Both the position numbers and the translations under genes were made by a program. The notes below the pieces were generated by a model. It was not told where the DNA came from. It saw only the letters and a program-made list of their open reading frames with translations, and ran no database searches. This document shows positions 60,893 to 64,000 of a stretch of DNA of 64,000 bases, one piece after another. Position 1 is the first letter of the stretch, and each line of letters begins with the position of its first letter. Origin of the DNA: Centroscyllium fabricii (Eukaryota); contig JBNRSN020000014.1 in assembly GCA_051313645.2 (NCBI GenBank), forward strand, positions 34,410,001 through 34,474,000. Reading direction: 5' to 3'.

Positions 60893-61199
60893 CATAGAAT
60901 CAGTCCAGTGCAGATAGAGGCCATTTCGGCCCATCGAGCCTGCACCGACACATATCCCACCAATCCCCGTAACCCCACATATTTAATCCCCCGAACACTA
61001 AGGGTCAATTTATCCTGGCTAATCAACCTAACCCGCACATCTTTGGACTGTGGGAGGAAACCGGAGCACCCGGAGGAAACCCACACAGACACGGGGAGAA
61101 TGTGCAAACTCCACACAGATAGTACCCAAAGCCGGATTTGAACCTGGGCCCCTAGCGCTGCGAGGCAACAGTGCTCACCACTATGCCACCGTGCCGCCC
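60893..61199 (-). mobile_element. HE1-type V-SINE
   Basis: Reverse complement of the 7088-7397 type. Confidence 0.9.
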
Positions 61200-61553
61200 T
61201 CTGTGATACTGCTGTGCAATGAGATGGTGTCACTCTGATACCGCTGTGCAATGAGATGAAATCAAAGACACCTCATGCAATGAGATGTCACACCGCTGTG
61301 CAATGAGATGATTTCACACTGTGACACCACTGTGCAATGTGATGATGCCACACTGATACTGCTGTGCAATTAGATGATGTCATGTAACACTGCTGTGCAA
61401 TGAGATGGTGTCATGTGACACTGCTGTGCAATGAGATAGTGTCACTCTGATACCGCTGTGCAATTAGATGAAATCAAAGACACCTCGTGCAATGAGATGT
61501 CGCACCGCTGTGCAATGAGATGATGTCACACTGATACCGCTGTGGAATGAGAT

Positions 61554-63020
61554 TCAAGATAATTTTATTGCCATGTGTAACTCGTACAATGGAATGCTTA
61601 CTCCCCATTCACGCCCACAATTATAAATGTAGCAGTTAAGTAGGCACACTGCCTGTGGGTAGAAACTGTTTTTGAACCTGCTGGTCCTGGTTTGGATGCT
61701 GCAGTACCGACGGCCGGACCGCAGGAGGGAGAACAGATCGTGCCCAGGGTGATTGGGGTCCTTGATGATGGAGCGGACCTTGTTCCGACACCTGGTCTGG
61801 AAGATCTCCTCGATGGATGGAAGTGCACACCCGATGATTTTTTCTGCCGTCATCACGACCCTCTGAGCAGTGTCCTGAGCAGTGGTGTTGCCATACCACA
61901 CAGTGACGCCACCCAACAAGACGCTCTCTATGGTGCCGCGGTAAAAGTTCACAAGCCGTTGCGTGCTTATGCCGCATTTCCTCAGGCACCGTAGAGGGTA
62001 GAGGCGCTGGTGTGCCTTCTTCAGCATTGGCTCGGTGTTATAGTTCCAGGTCAGATCGTCAGAGATCTGCAGACCTAGGAATTGGAAGCAACTGACTATT
62101 TCTACTGATGTCCCGTCTATGATAATTGGTCGGTGGTTGCCTTGATGGCATCTGAAGTCCACGATGAGTTCCTTAGTCTTGATGATGTTCAGGGCAAGGT
62201 TGTTATCATTACACCATCTCATCAGCTGAACTATCTCATCCCTGTACTCCGTCTCATCCTCGTTGCTAATCAGGGCAATTACTGTGGTGTCATCGGCAAA
62301 CTTTATTATCCAGTTGTTGCTGTGTCGGTCTGTTCAATCGTTTGTAAACAGAGAATACAACCGAGGACTGAGGCAGCAGCCTTGTGGCGCTCCGGTATTG
62401 AGGACTAGTGTGGATGAGGTGTTGTTCCCTATTTTCACCTCTTGAGGCCTACCAGTCAGGAAGTCCAGAATCCAGTTGCAGATGGGGATGCCCAGACCTA
62501 GGACCTTCAGTTTCAGGATCAGCTTGAAGGGAACAATGGTGTTAAATGCAGAGCTGTAGTCAATGAACAACATTCTGACGTAAGTGTCCCTTCTGTCTAG
62601 GTGTTCTAGGACAGTGTGCAGTGTTAGGGAGATGGCGTCACCCACAGACCTGTTTGCCCTGTATGCGAACTGGAATGGATCCAAGGAATCGGGGATGATG
62701 CTGTTTATGTGTGTCATGACCAGCTTTTCAAGGCACTTCATAGCTATGGATGTTAGAGCTACCGGTCGATAGTCATTGAGACCTGTTACCTTGGTCTTCT
62801 TAGGTAACGGCACAATGGTTGTCTCCTTGAAGCACACTGGTACGACAGACTGCTGCAGTGAGATGTTAAAGATGTCTGTGAACACAGGAGCCAGCTGGTC
62901 TGCACATGTCTTGAAGACGCGGGGTGGAACTCCGTCTGGACCGGCTGCCTTTCATGCCTTCACCCTCCTGAAGGTTCTCCAGACCTCGGACTCGGTCACT
63001 TGTAGTATGTAATCCTCTGG
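61554..63020 (-). mobile_element. Rex1/Babar-like LINE, 5'-truncated
   Basis: [57 protein letters not shown]. Confidence 0.9.
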
Positions 63021-63362
63021 GTGAACCGCTGTGCAATGTGATGTCACACTGTGACGCCGCTCCGTAATGAGATGTCACACTGTGACACTGCTGTCACACT
63101 GTGACACTGCTGTGTAATGAGATTATGTCACACTGTGACAATACTGTGTAATGAGATGATGTCACATCACTGTGATTATAGTAATCAAAATATGGCTTTG
63201 TGATGTCATATCCTCTCTACCCAGCAATGGTAATCGAAGGCTCCTTGCATGGATAAGCTGACTTTACTCCTTCTCCTGCAAACTCCATCGTACATGTTTA
63301 ATCAGTTTGGTGTATTGGTCCCAACAGGCAGCCATTTGCAGCCAGCTTGATACAGAGTTGGG

Positions 63363-63560
63363 ATGGAACATTTTCTCAAGGATTTACTGGGCATCAGCTC
63401 AAACCCCAAGCCTCAGTACTGCCTGCCATACCCTCTGAACAAAGTGTGCTTCGCAAATGAGGCTGAGGCCCAGGAATGGTTGTATTTCATTGGGTTTCTC
63501 GGATTTGTACCTCTGGCCTTGGGTCTCCATTTCCTGATGAGAAGACTGAAACCAGTGGAG
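63363..63560 (+). CDS. Candidate first coding exon of an unidentified single-pass membrane protein
   Basis: Acceptor ccaacag at 63327, strong Kozak gggATGG, 66 open codons with hydrophobic WLYFIGFLGFVPLALGLHFLM then RRLK, donor GAG|gtatgg. No homologue recognised. Confidence 0.35.
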
Positions 63561-63799
63561 GTATGGAGCATATCACGCCCCCCCCCCGCTCCCTAACTTA
63601 CTGATGCCCCCCATCCAATGTACTGCTGAATGCCATTTACCTCACAGCAGGGTGGGAGGAAATTCAGAGGTAGTGTCTCCCTGGATTTGTGAGTCAGTTA
63701 CCCCCAGAACTCTCAGGTGTTGATGGCATCTGGGAGACCAAAAGAGATTGAAGGGGAATGCAGTCTCGGGGGAAACAAATTCTCATCTTCCCCCTGGTT

Positions 63800-64000
63800 C
63801 TTTTGGTCATTTATTCATTTACTGTTTTATCTGCCATCTCCATTTCTCTGCTCCCCTCACTCACTCCAACCTACCTCCCTCTGAACTTGCAGCACTCCAT
63901 TCTCTCAGATCCAACCCCAACATTGTCATTAAACCTGCTGACAAGGATGGTACTGTTGTTGTTTGGCGAACCGACCTCTACCTAGCAGAAGCTGAACACC
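63800..64000 (+). mobile_element. Penelope-like element RT fragment (runs off window)
   Basis: SNLPPSELAALHSLRSNPNIVIKPADKDGTVVVWRTDLYLAEAEH contains the PLE IKPADKG motif. Confidence 0.85.

Larger units (their letters stand above)
57235..63175. repeat. ~32-bp satellite/minisatellite array interrupted by five insertions
   Basis: Unit tgtgcaatgagatgatgtcacactgataccac. Blocks at 57235-57400, 57611-57842, 59127-59725, 60100-60892, 61200-61553 and 63025-63175. Confidence 0.93.

Noticed and set aside
57235-61553. Regular ~32-bp repeats resembling a CRISPR array
   Set aside because: The units are tandem and degenerate with no unique spacers, there are no cas genes, and the context is vertebrate.

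Overview
This is vertebrate genomic DNA, most likely elasmobranch (shark), judging from HE1-type V-SINEs and HER1-like CR1 LINEs. It holds two convergent, spliced ciliary-trafficking genes. RAB11FIP3 (+) is present as its last 12 coding exons (2191-22795, 513 aa in the window). CLUAP1/IFT38 (-) is complete, with 12 coding exons (56718-29689, 418 aa). I checked every exon by hand for AG/GT boundaries and phase. Introns and intergenic DNA are dense with CR1, Rex1/Babar-like, L2 and Penelope-like retroelements, tRNA- and 5S-derived SINEs, Harbinger-like and pogo-like MITEs, and three minisatellites. The most notable observations are: (1) short non-autonomous retroposons built from the 5' leader plus 3' tail of Rex1-like LINEs, carrying different heads (5S rRNA, or a 1.1-kb inverted-repeat-bounded module); (2) an inverted MITE pair bracketing CLUAP1 exons 2-4, a circRNA candidate; (3) a perfect 80-bp palindrome with a minimal hammerhead ribozyme beside the CLUAP1 promoter; (4) RFX X-boxes at both genes; (5) an unrecognised candidate membrane-protein exon near the right end. 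Repeat boundaries are approximate, and family names come from motif recognition, not database searches.
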